Positions 53,431-61,820 of a stretch of 63,760 nt of DNA are shown piece by piece. The stretch is taken from IMG/VR virus record IMGVR_UViG_3300022700_000225, positions 1 through 63,760 of that record; one strand, given 5' to 3'. This stretch comes from a virus. Its lineage: Duplodnaviria > Caudoviricetes. The number at the start of each line of letters is the position of its first letter. Position 1 is the stretch's first letter. The notes beneath the pieces were generated by a model that was not told where the DNA came from, searched no databases, and was given only the letters and a program-made list of their open reading frames with translations. Position numbers and translations under genes: made by a program.

Positions 53431-54190
53431 CCTCGCCTCCGTTTTCGATGAAATCATGCAATACCTGGGCGTTGTGCCGCTGTTTAAAACTCAACACCGA
53501 ACCGCCCTGCCCTTTATTTTTTGGCGGATATATCCCCTGCCAGCCCTTTTCGATTGCCATGTTGATCAAGTCATCCGGCTGATGCCCCTGCTCCATGAAT
53601 TTTTCGAGCTTGTTGATATTGAGCTTTTCAGCATGGGGTGTCATAGGCTTGCCGATTCGCCTGCGGTGTGCCTTAAATTCATTCCATAATTTTTGATTGA
53701 GCCAGTCCGGATAAATCACGCTTTCCCCCTTGGGGGGGTTAGGGGGGGTATTTATTTCATTCTTACATTCTTTCTCATTCTTGTTCTTAGTGTGACCCTT
53801 TTGTTTCCTCCGTGTTTCCTCCGCGTTTCCTTCGCTGTTGCCTCCGTAATTTTTCGGATCTTGATAATAGCTGTAATTTAAAATAGTTATATATATTCCA
53901 TGTGTTGCTTTCGCCGTTTCCACCATGTTTCTTCCGCGTAGCTTCCGTAGAGATTTCGTAAGTTGCGGTTTTGAATATTTCATTTTGCGATATCCAGAGT
54001 ACCAATGCAGGGCTTCCTGGATCTCGCCCAGGTTGAAAAAACCCGTACCTCGTTTGTACTTCCCTTGATCGGTATGGTTAACCCGACGCAACAGGTAAAA
54101 CCACAACTCCCGAACCACCGGGGGCTCGTGCATAATGTCTGAATCATCGATGCATCGGGGTTGGAGGATATAGCCGCCTGGGATCGTCAC
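53423..54190 (-). CDS. Phage replication initiator protein
   Basis: N-terminal winged helix (ITILNYSYYQ), PPNPPKG linker, C-terminal WNEFKAHR...AIEKGWQGIY. Confidence 0.8.
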   Translation of the reverse strand: MTIPGGYILQPRCIDDSDIMHEPPVVRELWFYLLRRVNHTDQGKYKRGTGFFNLGEIQEALHWYSGYRKMKYSKPQLTKSLRKLRGRNMVETAKATHGIYITILNYSYYQDPKNYGGNSEGNAEETRRKQKGHTKNKNEKECKNEINTPPNPPKGESVIYPDWLNQKLWNEFKAHRRRIGKPMTPHAEKLNINKLEKFMEQGHQPDDLINMAIEKGWQGIYPPKNKGQGGSVLSFKQRHNAQVLHDFIENGGEDE

Positions 54191-54435
54191 TCCCCCACCT
54201 CCTGCAAAACTCCGGACGCATGGCCCAGCTCAATGGCCGTCACCATGCCGCGGACCAACAGTTTTCCAGGACTCATGCCCAAAGCGCGGGCCAGCCGCCG
54301 GAAATCTTTTTCAATCTCCCGGCCTTTTCCCGGCTCATGCTCTCCATAATCCGGCTGTAGGGCCGGCTCTGCATGCCTGCGGTAAAATCCTTCAGAAAAC
54401 AAATGCCGGGTGTCCGGGTACGGATTGCTGCTCAT
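54187..54435 (-). CDS. Hypothetical protein, first gene of the leftward operon
   Basis: AAGGAG RBS before ATG 54435; GTGA overlap with the initiator start. Confidence 0.55.
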   Translation of the reverse strand: MSSNPYPDTRHLFSEGFYRRHAEPALQPDYGEHEPGKGREIEKDFRRLARALGMSPGKLLVRGMVTAIELGHASGVLQEVGE

Positions 54436-54494
54436 GATGCGGGCTCCTTTTCGGGGCAGGCGGAAAAGCAACGCCGGGCAAGACGAAAAAAGAC

Positions 54495-54695
54495 AAAAAA
54501 AGCCCGAACCCCGCAAATAATGCGGTATCCGGGCTTTTGTATTTTCAGACGCAGAAAACGGGTTTGACCTGTCCGGGCTACCCGGCGGTCAATCCCCTGC
54601 GCTGGTTTTGCCTCTCTTGTCCTGCCCAACGTTGCTTATTCCCCGCGTTGGGCTTCGGGGAAGGATGAGGATCAGATGATCCTCGGGTGTGGGTG
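54495..54695 (-). ncRNA. Structured leader RNA ending in an intrinsic terminator
   Basis: Hairpins GAGGATCA/TGATCCTC, GCCCAACG/CGTTGGGC, long CGCAG..TTGACC..CCGGG stem; terminator 54495-54538. Confidence 0.55.
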
Positions 54696-54700
54696 TATAA

Positions 54701-54730
54701 AGCTTAAGAAATTTTTGGTGGGGTTGTCAA
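54701..54730 (-). promoter_or_regulatory. sigma70-type promoter of the leftward operon
   Basis: TTGACA-18 bp-TAAGCT. Confidence 0.6.
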
Positions 54731-54852
54731 GGAAATATTTTCGGGCTTAAAGGAGGATAATTTCCGACAACAACCAACCTGTTCAGGAGAGGGTATTTTA
54801 GCTTCTGATTTTCTGGGTTGCCTAAGCTTGGAATCAAAAGTGGAATATTTTA

Positions 54853-54881
54853 TTGACAAATTGCAAAAAACAAAATATAGA
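54853..54881 (+). promoter_or_regulatory. sigma70-type promoter of the XRE-ImmA operon
   Basis: TTGACA-17 bp-TATAGA. Confidence 0.55.
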
Positions 54882-54915
54882 GTTGATAAATCAAACAAAA
54901 AAGGAGATTGCCTTA

Positions 54916-55524
54916 ATGACTTTTTTATCCAAAACCGAAGCTGACACAATTTTACAACCTTATTATTCTGCTTTAAGCAGGACAATAGAAAAAGCCTTTG
55001 ACAGGTATAATAATTTTAAGGATAAGGTTGGACACAGTCCGAGATCTCGAGCCAGCTTGATCCATGACTTTATGGTAAATGAAGCTGAAAAAGAGTTCGA
55101 TGATATTCCAGAGGTATCAACCCATTCTTACCGGGGTCTCTTCGCCTTATACTTTCATGACAAATTGATCATTAGATTTAAAAAACTAAATAATAAATTG
55201 AAAGCGGCGAACATACCCACACAACAGGCTCTTCGGTTTGATGCCCAGGAACAGTTATCTTTATTTCCAGGAGAACCCATTGCCTTGGCAACTCTCACTG
55301 CCGGCTATGTGCCAGGTCAAGCTTGGACAAAAATTGAAAAAATAGCAATTGTATGTTGGCACAATTCCGAACTTCTCTGGTGCCTTCCGATCGAGAAAGA
55401 AGAAAAGAATGTAACAGAATTTCCGCAACAAGCCCAAAACAGCGAATTTAAACGAACAAATACATGGAAAAAACCAAAACATCTTATTAATAAAGAGATA
55501 GACTATGACACAAGTAAACAATAA
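54916..55524 (+). CDS. Hypothetical protein, putative toxin/effector partner of XRE-ImmA
   Basis: AAGGAG RBS; IRFKKL...NIPTQQA..F...LTAGY; 20-nt overlap with the next gene. Confidence 0.75.
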   Translation: MTFLSKTEADTILQPYYSALSRTIEKAFDRYNNFKDKVGHSPRSRASLIHDFMVNEAEKEFDDIPEVSTHSYRGLFALYFHDKLIIRFKKLNNKLKAANIPTQQALRFDAQEQLSLFPGEPIALATLTAGYVPGQAWTKIEKIAIVCWHNSELLWCLPIEKEEKNVTEFPQQAQNSEFKRTNTWKKPKHLINKEIDYDTSKQ

Positions 55525-56560
55525 GATGATAACACTTGCCCGGGAATCTAGGGGGTATAGCCAGCGCGAGCTTTCTCAACTTTTAAAAGTCAGCCAAGGA
55601 AAACTGTCAAAAGTTGAACAAGGCACTCTTAGCGTATCTGATGATATGCTTGAAAAAATGGAAAATTTTTTAAACTATCCCAAGAAGTTCTTTTATGAAC
55701 CCGAAAATATATACCCGCCTATTACTCCATTTCACAGAAAAAGGAAGCGCCTGTCAAAAAAAGCACAGAATTTCATAGAAGCAAAAGCCAACATATACCG
55801 AATCCATATCTCAAAAATGCAACAGTCTGCCGAACTGGACCAGGATATTATATTTTGTGATCTGGATGACTATGGCGGGCAACCGGAAAATATTGCAAAC
55901 GTACTGAGGCGGTATTGGAAACTGCCGAAGGGTCCCATCGACAATTTGACGAATGTCGTGGAACAAGCCGGAATTGTGGTTATATTTTTTGATTTTCAAA
56001 CCAATTTACTTGATGGGTTTACATTTGTCACCCCGAAATCATTCCCAATCATTTTTCTCAATAGTAAATTTCCCGGCGACAGGTTGCGTTTCACGCTTGC
56101 CCACGAACTCGGACACATTGTGATGCATCATGTACCAACTATAACAGCCGAAGACGAAGCAAATCGTTTCGCTTCTGAGTTCTTGATGCCTTCAGAAGAG
56201 ATAAAGCCGCAACTGAAAAGGCTCACCTTGGCCAAACTCGCAAACCTTAAACCCTATTGGAAAGTCTCAATGGCTGCCCTCTTGGTGAAAGCAGGGAAGA
56301 AGGGGCTCAATCTATTAACTTATAATCAGGAAAGGTATCTTTGGCGTCAAATGGCCCCATATAGGACTGTTGAGCCATTGAAGTTAGACATACCCCAAGA
56401 GCAACCTTCCTTATGGAAAGAACTAAATGAATTCCACCTAACAGAGCTTGGATATAACGAAAAAGAATTATGCGATCTCTTAAACCTATTTCCACAGGAA
56501 TACCCAAATTACTATCCTTTTCATCATAAGTTTACCAAAAAGCATTTGAGGATAGTTTGA
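55505..56560 (+). CDS. XRE HTH + ImmA/IrrE (M78) zinc metallopeptidase
   Basis: ARESRGYSQRELS..VSQGKLSKVEQG; RLRFTLAHELGH; EDEANRFASEFLMP. Confidence 0.93.
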   Translation: MTQVNNKMITLARESRGYSQRELSQLLKVSQGKLSKVEQGTLSVSDDMLEKMENFLNYPKKFFYEPENIYPPITPFHRKRKRLSKKAQNFIEAKANIYRIHISKMQQSAELDQDIIFCDLDDYGGQPENIANVLRRYWKLPKGPIDNLTNVVEQAGIVVIFFDFQTNLLDGFTFVTPKSFPIIFLNSKFPGDRLRFTLAHELGHIVMHHVPTITAEDEANRFASEFLMPSEEIKPQLKRLTLAKLANLKPYWKVSMAALLVKAGKKGLNLLTYNQERYLWRQMAPYRTVEPLKLDIPQEQPSLWKELNEFHLTELGYNEKELCDLLNLFPQEYPNYYPFHHKFTKKHLRIV

Positions 56561-56599
56561 GCTGTTGGCAAAAAGTGATAAGCTAAAAAAGTTCTTAGT

Positions 56600-56650
56600 T
56601 AAAGCACAACCCCCGGTTTGTATACATGATAGCCGGGGTTTTGTGCTTTA
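56600..56650. terminator. Bidirectional hairpin between convergent genes
   Basis: TAAAGCACAACCCCCGG...CCGGGGTTTTGTGCTTTA. Confidence 0.65.
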
Positions 56651-56664
56651 TCAAAAAAATCATA

Positions 56665-57068
56665 TTATGAATTGGCAATCCTAAAACGGCTGTCTTTCAT
56701 TATGTCTCTTGTGAGAACATGCAATAATAGGGTCGCCTGAGACTTGAAAAACCATTCGTATTTTTTAATTCGGGAGGGATGATTATCTACATCTTTTAAT
56801 GAAAATCGAAGTATCGCATCGATATTTACAGTAAAAGTCTTTTTATTTTTATCCTTTTGGCCTTTTTCATTTCCGCTAAAGCCATCGATTTGCAAAAATA
56901 CATTTACAAGCAACTCGGTGTCTGTGAATTCGAGACTAACACCCAAGTCTTTACTTACTAAGGGGGCCAAAATTAGATATACATTAAATCTAAAAATATT
57001 TTCAATTATTTTAATGTGTAATACAACCTCTTGCTATGCGTAAACTGCAAATCTAATTTTGCACTCAT
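56665..57068 (-). pseudogene. Possible SecB-like chaperone remnant (frameshifted 5' end)
   Basis: Beta-strands then ATLLLHVLTRDI helix; frame is open upstream of 56970 to a TAG, and the nearest ATG (57068) is in another frame. Confidence 0.35.
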
Positions 57069-57182
57069 TAGTAACTACAAAATTTTTTTCTTATATCTTG
57101 GCAATAATTAATTTATTGTGCCAATATTTCTAACTGTTCCAGGATTCGAGAACTATAAGCTTGAAAGAATATTTAGTAATGA

Positions 57183-57986
57183 TCATCTAAATTTTAAGGT
57201 TACAGTGAATTTAGAATAATTGACACCCTCTTTGCTAAATTGAGGTTTTCCAGAACTAACTTCCAAAGTTCCATTTTCAATCATTACCAAGGTATTGGCT
57301 AGATAAAGTCCAATGCCTTGCCCTGAAACCTTTTTACAACTCTTTGCGCCATTTCCTCGAAATCCACGGTTTATAAGGCATGAAATTTCATAGGACTCAA
57401 CCGTGGGTCCAATAGAGGATATATCTACCTTCACCCTACATCCTGTACTCGGATTGTCCGTAACAAAGATTTTTATATCCTGCCCATCTGGGGAATACTT
57501 AACAGCATTATCGATCAAAACGAAAGGCACCATCTCGAAGGCTGGCAATACGTCAATTTCATTGTGAGATGGACCTGTCAGTTGAATGTTGATTTGGCGT
57601 CTATTTGCGCTGCGAAGAAGAATATGACGAGCCTTATCGAATTTTTTATAAACCCCTGCGCTGTAGCGAGGCTGTCTTGTAATAGCTTCAGGATTAAGCT
57701 CGAAATCGGTAAATGCCAGGCGAGATGAAAGTATGCCAGATTTATAGAAGACATTACCTGCCTCTTCCGAAGCTTGCTTGTAGTCAAAGTTACTGATGTG
57801 CTTGGATATCTCTTCGCATGCATTCTCAATTTCAGAGTTCAACCTACGCGTATCGTGCATGATGCCGTCGAGAATTTTGTAAAGCCTTTGACAATCCTCT
57901 TCAGCTTTTTCAGCGGCAGCAATCGCTTCATTTCTTTCTTTTTTGAATTTCTCTATCTTACGGTTCTGCTTATCGTAGTTAATCAT
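57183..57986 (-). CDS. Sensorless histidine kinase (HisKA-like + HATPase_c)
   Basis: H-box MHDTRR, N-box IDNAVKYS, RGFRG, G2 GQGIGLYLA; no TM segment. Confidence 0.88.
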   Translation of the reverse strand: MINYDKQNRKIEKFKKERNEAIAAAEKAEEDCQRLYKILDGIMHDTRRLNSEIENACEEISKHISNFDYKQASEEAGNVFYKSGILSSRLAFTDFELNPEAITRQPRYSAGVYKKFDKARHILLRSANRRQINIQLTGPSHNEIDVLPAFEMVPFVLIDNAVKYSPDGQDIKIFVTDNPSTGCRVKVDISSIGPTVESYEISCLINRGFRGNGAKSCKKVSGQGIGLYLANTLVMIENGTLEVSSGKPQFSKEGVNYSKFTVTLKFR

Positions 57987-58641
57987 AATTTGTATAACTT
58001 TTGATGATTTGTATAAGAGATATTCTGGCGAAAGTTATTGCTATTTCCTTGATCTCCTCTGGGACCTTCTCCACTTTGAACTTGGATGCATCTCGCTTTT
58101 CAACAGCTTGGATGAATCTTTGCTCCATTTCGAATATGTCATGGAGTTCAACACCTTTTTCCAAAAGCATCTTTCGCATTCTAATCCAGCGTTCCTTTGG
58201 GTTTCCCACCTTTTCAAGCCCGTTTTCTAAGGTCGATACCCAATGCTCGGTTGGGGAATCTTTATTTAGCGAGACGTCTACGCCCTTAAGGGACTCATTA
58301 TAACTTGCGTCAAAATGCGCCCCAGTATAGGAAACGAGGAATTTGTCTGGATAGGCTTTGCGTATCTCGGATAAAAGATGAGCACCTTCAAGAGAACAAT
58401 CTAGTGCTCCTCCAACCCCTCGGATATCACAAACCACGATCGGGAATTCGGCTACTTGATCAACTGTACGGATGTCTCCAAGCTCTACAAGATTAAATCG
58501 ATGAGCGCGAAGTGCGTCGGCTTTCACGAAAGCTTCGTCGTCAATCACAGCGATCTGGTAGTGTCGCTTTAAATATGCCTTATCCTGAAGTACGACAGGA
58601 AGTGAAGATAATCGCTTGGGCTTTCCAATTTGGAAGTACAT
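57979..58641 (-). CDS. Response-regulator receiver-domain protein with helical C-terminal extension
   Basis: IAVIDD, VVCDI (phosphoacceptor), SYTG, LNKD; overlaps the kinase start. Confidence 0.8.
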   Translation of the reverse strand: MYFQIGKPKRLSSLPVVLQDKAYLKRHYQIAVIDDEAFVKADALRAHRFNLVELGDIRTVDQVAEFPIVVCDIRGVGGALDCSLEGAHLLSEIRKAYPDKFLVSYTGAHFDASYNESLKGVDVSLNKDSPTEHWVSTLENGLEKVGNPKERWIRMRKMLLEKGVELHDIFEMEQRFIQAVEKRDASKFKVEKVPEEIKEIAITFARISLIQIIKSYTNYD

Positions 58642-58796
58642 AGGATCTCCAGAAAGAGCTACACGGCAAATAAGTTACGCCATTTTTTATATCGGCCGAA
58701 CTTGCGAATAGCTTGGTTAAGCAGCCGGTTGGATTACCCCAACTGATTTTAGTATGGGTTCTCTGCACATCATCAAACACTATTGAAATTCCTTGA

Positions 58797-59006
58797 TTAA
58801 GCTAAATTTTGAACATTCGCTTGGAGCAAATCAGCCATTGCTTGAAATTCTCCCTGAGTGCCGGTGATAGTGATTGTCTTCGTTCCTGTGCGCGTCGGCT
58901 GGGTGATTGTCAATTCACCAGCGTCACGCATATGCTCGATATCGCTCTGATCAAGTGTGACCACATGGGGGCCTTCGCTTGTACTGTATCTCACTTCAAT
59001 TCTCAT
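58797..59006 (-). CDS. Small hypothetical protein downstream of cI
   Basis: AAAGGAGG RBS; 69 aa. Confidence 0.7.
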   Translation of the reverse strand: MRIEVRYSTSEGPHVVTLDQSDIEHMRDAGELTITQPTRTGTKTITITGTQGEFQAMADLLQANVQNLA

Positions 59007-59061
59007 CGGTCCTCCTTTAGGTTATTCTGACGCCCTTGTACTTTATTATGCTTTAAATCTT

Positions 59062-59859
59062 TTAAGCCTCCTCCAAATCCCGCCACATCCAAACCACCCG
59101 GCCGATGACAAGATCGTTCCATTCCGCGTCCGTGATGATGGGAAGGTGGTCCCGGTTTTCGCTCACCAGGGCGAACCCCTGGAATCTTTCCTGCTCGATT
59201 TTCCGGACCCGCTTGACCATGGACACCGGGCTTGACGGGTCCGGGTCCCTGGGGTCCCTGACCGCGTAAATTTTTTTGTCAATACACTCCCTGTCATTGA
59301 GATCCACCACAACGATGGACCCGGCCGGCATGATCGGCTCCATGGAGTCGCCGCCGATTCTCAGGGCTCTAAGATCGTGGCGGACCCTGCCGTGAAGCTC
59401 GGGCCGGTAAACCACCACCGTGGACTCGGGGATTTCGTTTTCATCAAAGGTGTATCCGCCAGAAAAGGCGGCCAGTTTTCCGGATTCGTACAGGGGGACG
59501 CCGCGGTAATGATCGGCGTGTTCTTCGAGGTGGATTTTTTCAAAGCCGTTGAGGACTTCGACGACGAGGTTTTGGTCTGAATGCGAAGTTGATGAAGATT
59601 TTTTTTCCTGAAGACCAATCATTTCTTCATACGAAACGCGGATATATTCAGCAACCTCTCTTCTCCATTTTTCGGTGCTTCCCCTTCTTCCTTCAAATAT
59701 AGCATTAAGTGTTGATTGGCTGACCCCAAGATCTTTCGCAAACTTCGCCTGTGAAACCCCTTTGTTTTTAATCTTTTCTTCAAAGTGGTCCCTGAGTTTT
59801 TTCCCGAAATATCTTTCTATCTCGGTAATTTTTGTGTCTGGGAGCTTTGGTCTTTTCAT
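59062..59859 (-). CDS. cI: CI-like repressor (XRE HTH + S24 autopeptidase)
   Basis: SQAKFAKDLGVSQSTLNAI; GDSMEP (Ser) and MVKRV (Lys); divergent from cro. Confidence 0.92.
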   Translation of the reverse strand: MKRPKLPDTKITEIERYFGKKLRDHFEEKIKNKGVSQAKFAKDLGVSQSTLNAIFEGRRGSTEKWRREVAEYIRVSYEEMIGLQEKKSSSTSHSDQNLVVEVLNGFEKIHLEEHADHYRGVPLYESGKLAAFSGGYTFDENEIPESTVVVYRPELHGRVRHDLRALRIGGDSMEPIMPAGSIVVVDLNDRECIDKKIYAVRDPRDPDPSSPVSMVKRVRKIEQERFQGFALVSENRDHLPIITDAEWNDLVIGRVVWMWRDLEEA

Positions 59860-59933
59860 TACAGATTGTAATACCACAAGCTTTAATTACAATGTGTGAT
59901 TTTTTTATTGACATATTAATTACAATTTGTAAT
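59858..59933. promoter_or_regulatory. Lysis-lysogeny switch: three operators ATTACA-N3-TGT(A/G)AT and divergent promoters
   Basis: Operators at 59858-59872, 59886-59900 and 59919-59933; TTGACA at 59908-59913. Confidence 0.85.
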
Positions 59934-59943
59934 TAATGCCACC

Positions 59944-60183
59944 ATGAAATCGATCCCGGTTACACATATCGCAAAGAGCGCGTCTATTTCCCAAAGTCAC
60001 TTGAGCTTGATCCTTTCGGGCAACCGCCGCCCATCCTGGCCTGTCTCCCAGCGCCTGGAAAAAGCCACCGGCATCAGCGCCGTGGACTGGATCGACGGGC
60101 GGGTTGACCGCGAGTACCTGTTTGAAAACTACTGTCCCGCTTCGGGGTTATCCAACGAAAAAGCCACCAGGGGAACCGTATAA
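59944..60183 (+). CDS. cro: Cro-like HTH regulator
   Basis: ISQSHLSLILSGNRRPS....LEKATG. Confidence 0.85.
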   Translation: MKSIPVTHIAKSASISQSHLSLILSGNRRPSWPVSQRLEKATGISAVDWIDGRVDREYLFENYCPASGLSNEKATRGTV

Positions 60184-60644
60184 TGGCCGATTCTCGAATC
60201 TCAAGACTGCTCAAGGAAATCCTTGTCTACAAACATCCGGGCGCGATTGAAAAGGTCGCCGACTGCCTGGGAGAAACCTACGACCATATCTGGAGCCAGA
60301 CCCATGGCCGCGTGAATCCAAAAATCGAAGTGGTCAAGGCTGCGTTTATTGTTACAGGCGACCAGCGCCTGAAACGGGAGCTTGAGCCAGAGGGCTACGA
60401 ACTGGTCTGGGAGCGCGCCGCCCCGGTGGGCCTGAAGGACGCGGAGGCAGAATTGACCGACATTGTGCTGGCCTCCGCCCGGGTAATTACCCGGTTGCGG
60501 GAATCGGCCCCTGACGGGCGCATGACCGCGGAGGCGCTTGACGATCTGGAAAGGTGCTTTTGCGACCTTGAAAAAGAATTTATCGAGGCCCGGCACGCCA
60601 TCCGCAACATGTCGGACAGAAGGGGATTTCGGGCCGTAAAATAG
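60183..60644 (+). CDS. CII-like regulatory protein
   Basis: Coupled to cro; N-terminal HTH-like region and C-terminal DGRMT..E helical bundle. Confidence 0.55.
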   Translation: MADSRISRLLKEILVYKHPGAIEKVADCLGETYDHIWSQTHGRVNPKIEVVKAAFIVTGDQRLKRELEPEGYELVWERAAPVGLKDAEAELTDIVLASARVITRLRESAPDGRMTAEALDDLERCFCDLEKEFIEARHAIRNMSDRRGFRAVK

Positions 60645-60736
60645 AACCCGGCTTCGGGGGAAGGAAAAGCGGGTGTGGGGCTCGCCTTAGACTTTAAACC
60701 ACAAGCATTTTCACACAACCAACCAAAGGAGGATTT

Positions 60737-61144
60737 ATGCATTCTAAACACTACATCGGCGTGAAGCAGGTTCAGGCATGGCCCGAGGAAAGAAACGGAC
60801 AGGAAGGCTACGGGGTCATGTATCTGGGCGGCTACGTGTCCTGGAGCCCGAAGGAAGCCTTTGAAAAGGCGTATTTCCCCATGGGCGATGATCCCACAAA
60901 GGTTTCGCAGGAAATGGTGGATGCCTTTACCAAGGAAGATGTTTTCAGGTTCGGCGAAAAAACCACCCTGGTCAAGGCCAAGGCCCTCACTGGCTTTACC
61001 ATGATTGAAGCTTCATCCTGTGTTGACCCTGAAAATTTCAACACGGAAACCGGGCGGAAAATCTGCGCCGAGCGCATTGAAAACAAGGTCTGGGAACTGC
61101 TCGGCTTCGTGCTCCAGTGGGCGCGTAACGGCCTGGGCCGCTAA
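60737..61144 (+). CDS. Fusion of a YIG.K..SWSPK..FE.AY domain and an N4 Gp49/Sf6 gp66-family domain (candidate anti-defence sponge)
   Basis: HYIGVKQVQA...GYVSWSPKEAFEKAY; GFTMIEASSCVDPENFN.E.G.KIC...IENKVWELLGF.LQ. Confidence 0.8.
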   Translation: MHSKHYIGVKQVQAWPEERNGQEGYGVMYLGGYVSWSPKEAFEKAYFPMGDDPTKVSQEMVDAFTKEDVFRFGEKTTLVKAKALTGFTMIEASSCVDPENFNTETGRKICAERIENKVWELLGFVLQWARNGLGR

Positions 61145-61233
61145 CCCTTTTAAGCCCTGCCCCGTCTGAAGCCTCATGGTCCTCCATGGGAGATTTGTAG
61201 GCCGGGGCTGGGGCTGACCCGTAAACCAAGGGG

Positions 61234-61443
61234 GTGAAATTGAAGGGATTACCATTTGCCGAACTGGTTGCTTACTTGCTCAAGCAGCGAAGGAAAACAC
61301 CTTCCGTGATGGTCACAAACCACGGCCAGTTGCATAACAACTACTTTTATCGCGCCGGGCAGCGGTCCGGACGATTCAAGGCCAACCAGCGCAAGGAACG
61401 AAAAGCCGCCCGGCGGCGCAAAATGCCGCCGAGGGCAAGGTAA
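61234..61443 (+). CDS. Small basic, Arg-rich protein
   Basis: C-terminal RFKANQRKERKAARRRK; start uncertain. Confidence 0.45.
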   Translation: MKLKGLPFAELVAYLLKQRRKTPSVMVTNHGQLHNNYFYRAGQRSGRFKANQRKERKAARRRKMPPRAR

Positions 61444-61472
61444 TAAAACATAACAAAGTCGGAGGTTCGAAA

Positions 61473-61820
61473 ATGGAAAGACTCTCACTTGCAACTCTGT
61501 GCAACGGCTCCGCAATAGAGCGGTTCGACCACGAGCTGCAAAAAATCCTGGAAAACATCAACGACCCGAACACCGAACCTACAGCCGCCCGGGAAGTCAC
61601 CCTGACGGTCAAGATCAAGCCGGACGAAGACCGGGAAATGTTCCGCACGGAAATGACCGTCAAGCCCAAACTCGCAGGTCTGGCGGCGGTGTCGTCCATG
61701 GGTGTCATGGGCAAAGACATCCACGGCAACGCCGAGGCCCATGAATATCCGCGGCCGAAGCAGCAGGAACTGGAATTCGGCCAGAACGTCACCCCCATGA
61801 AAAAGGAGCAAAAACAATGA
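61473..61820 (+). CDS. Conserved phage early protein
   Basis: ELQKILENINDPNT....REVTLTVKIKP motif; GGAGG RBS. Confidence 0.8.
   Translation: MERLSLATLCNGSAIERFDHELQKILENINDPNTEPTAAREVTLTVKIKPDEDREMFRTEMTVKPKLAGLAAVSSMGVMGKDIHGNAEAHEYPRPKQQELEFGQNVTPMKKEQKQ

Noticed and set aside
54853-54915. TTG start for the 223-aa ORF
   Set aside because: The TTG is part of the TTGACA -35 box; the AAGGAG RBS supports ATG 54916.
58690-58745. Second attC upstream of the receiver gene (minus strand CCAAC...GTTCGGC)
   Set aside because: No properly paired L boxes or extrahelical bases; at most a degenerate remnant.
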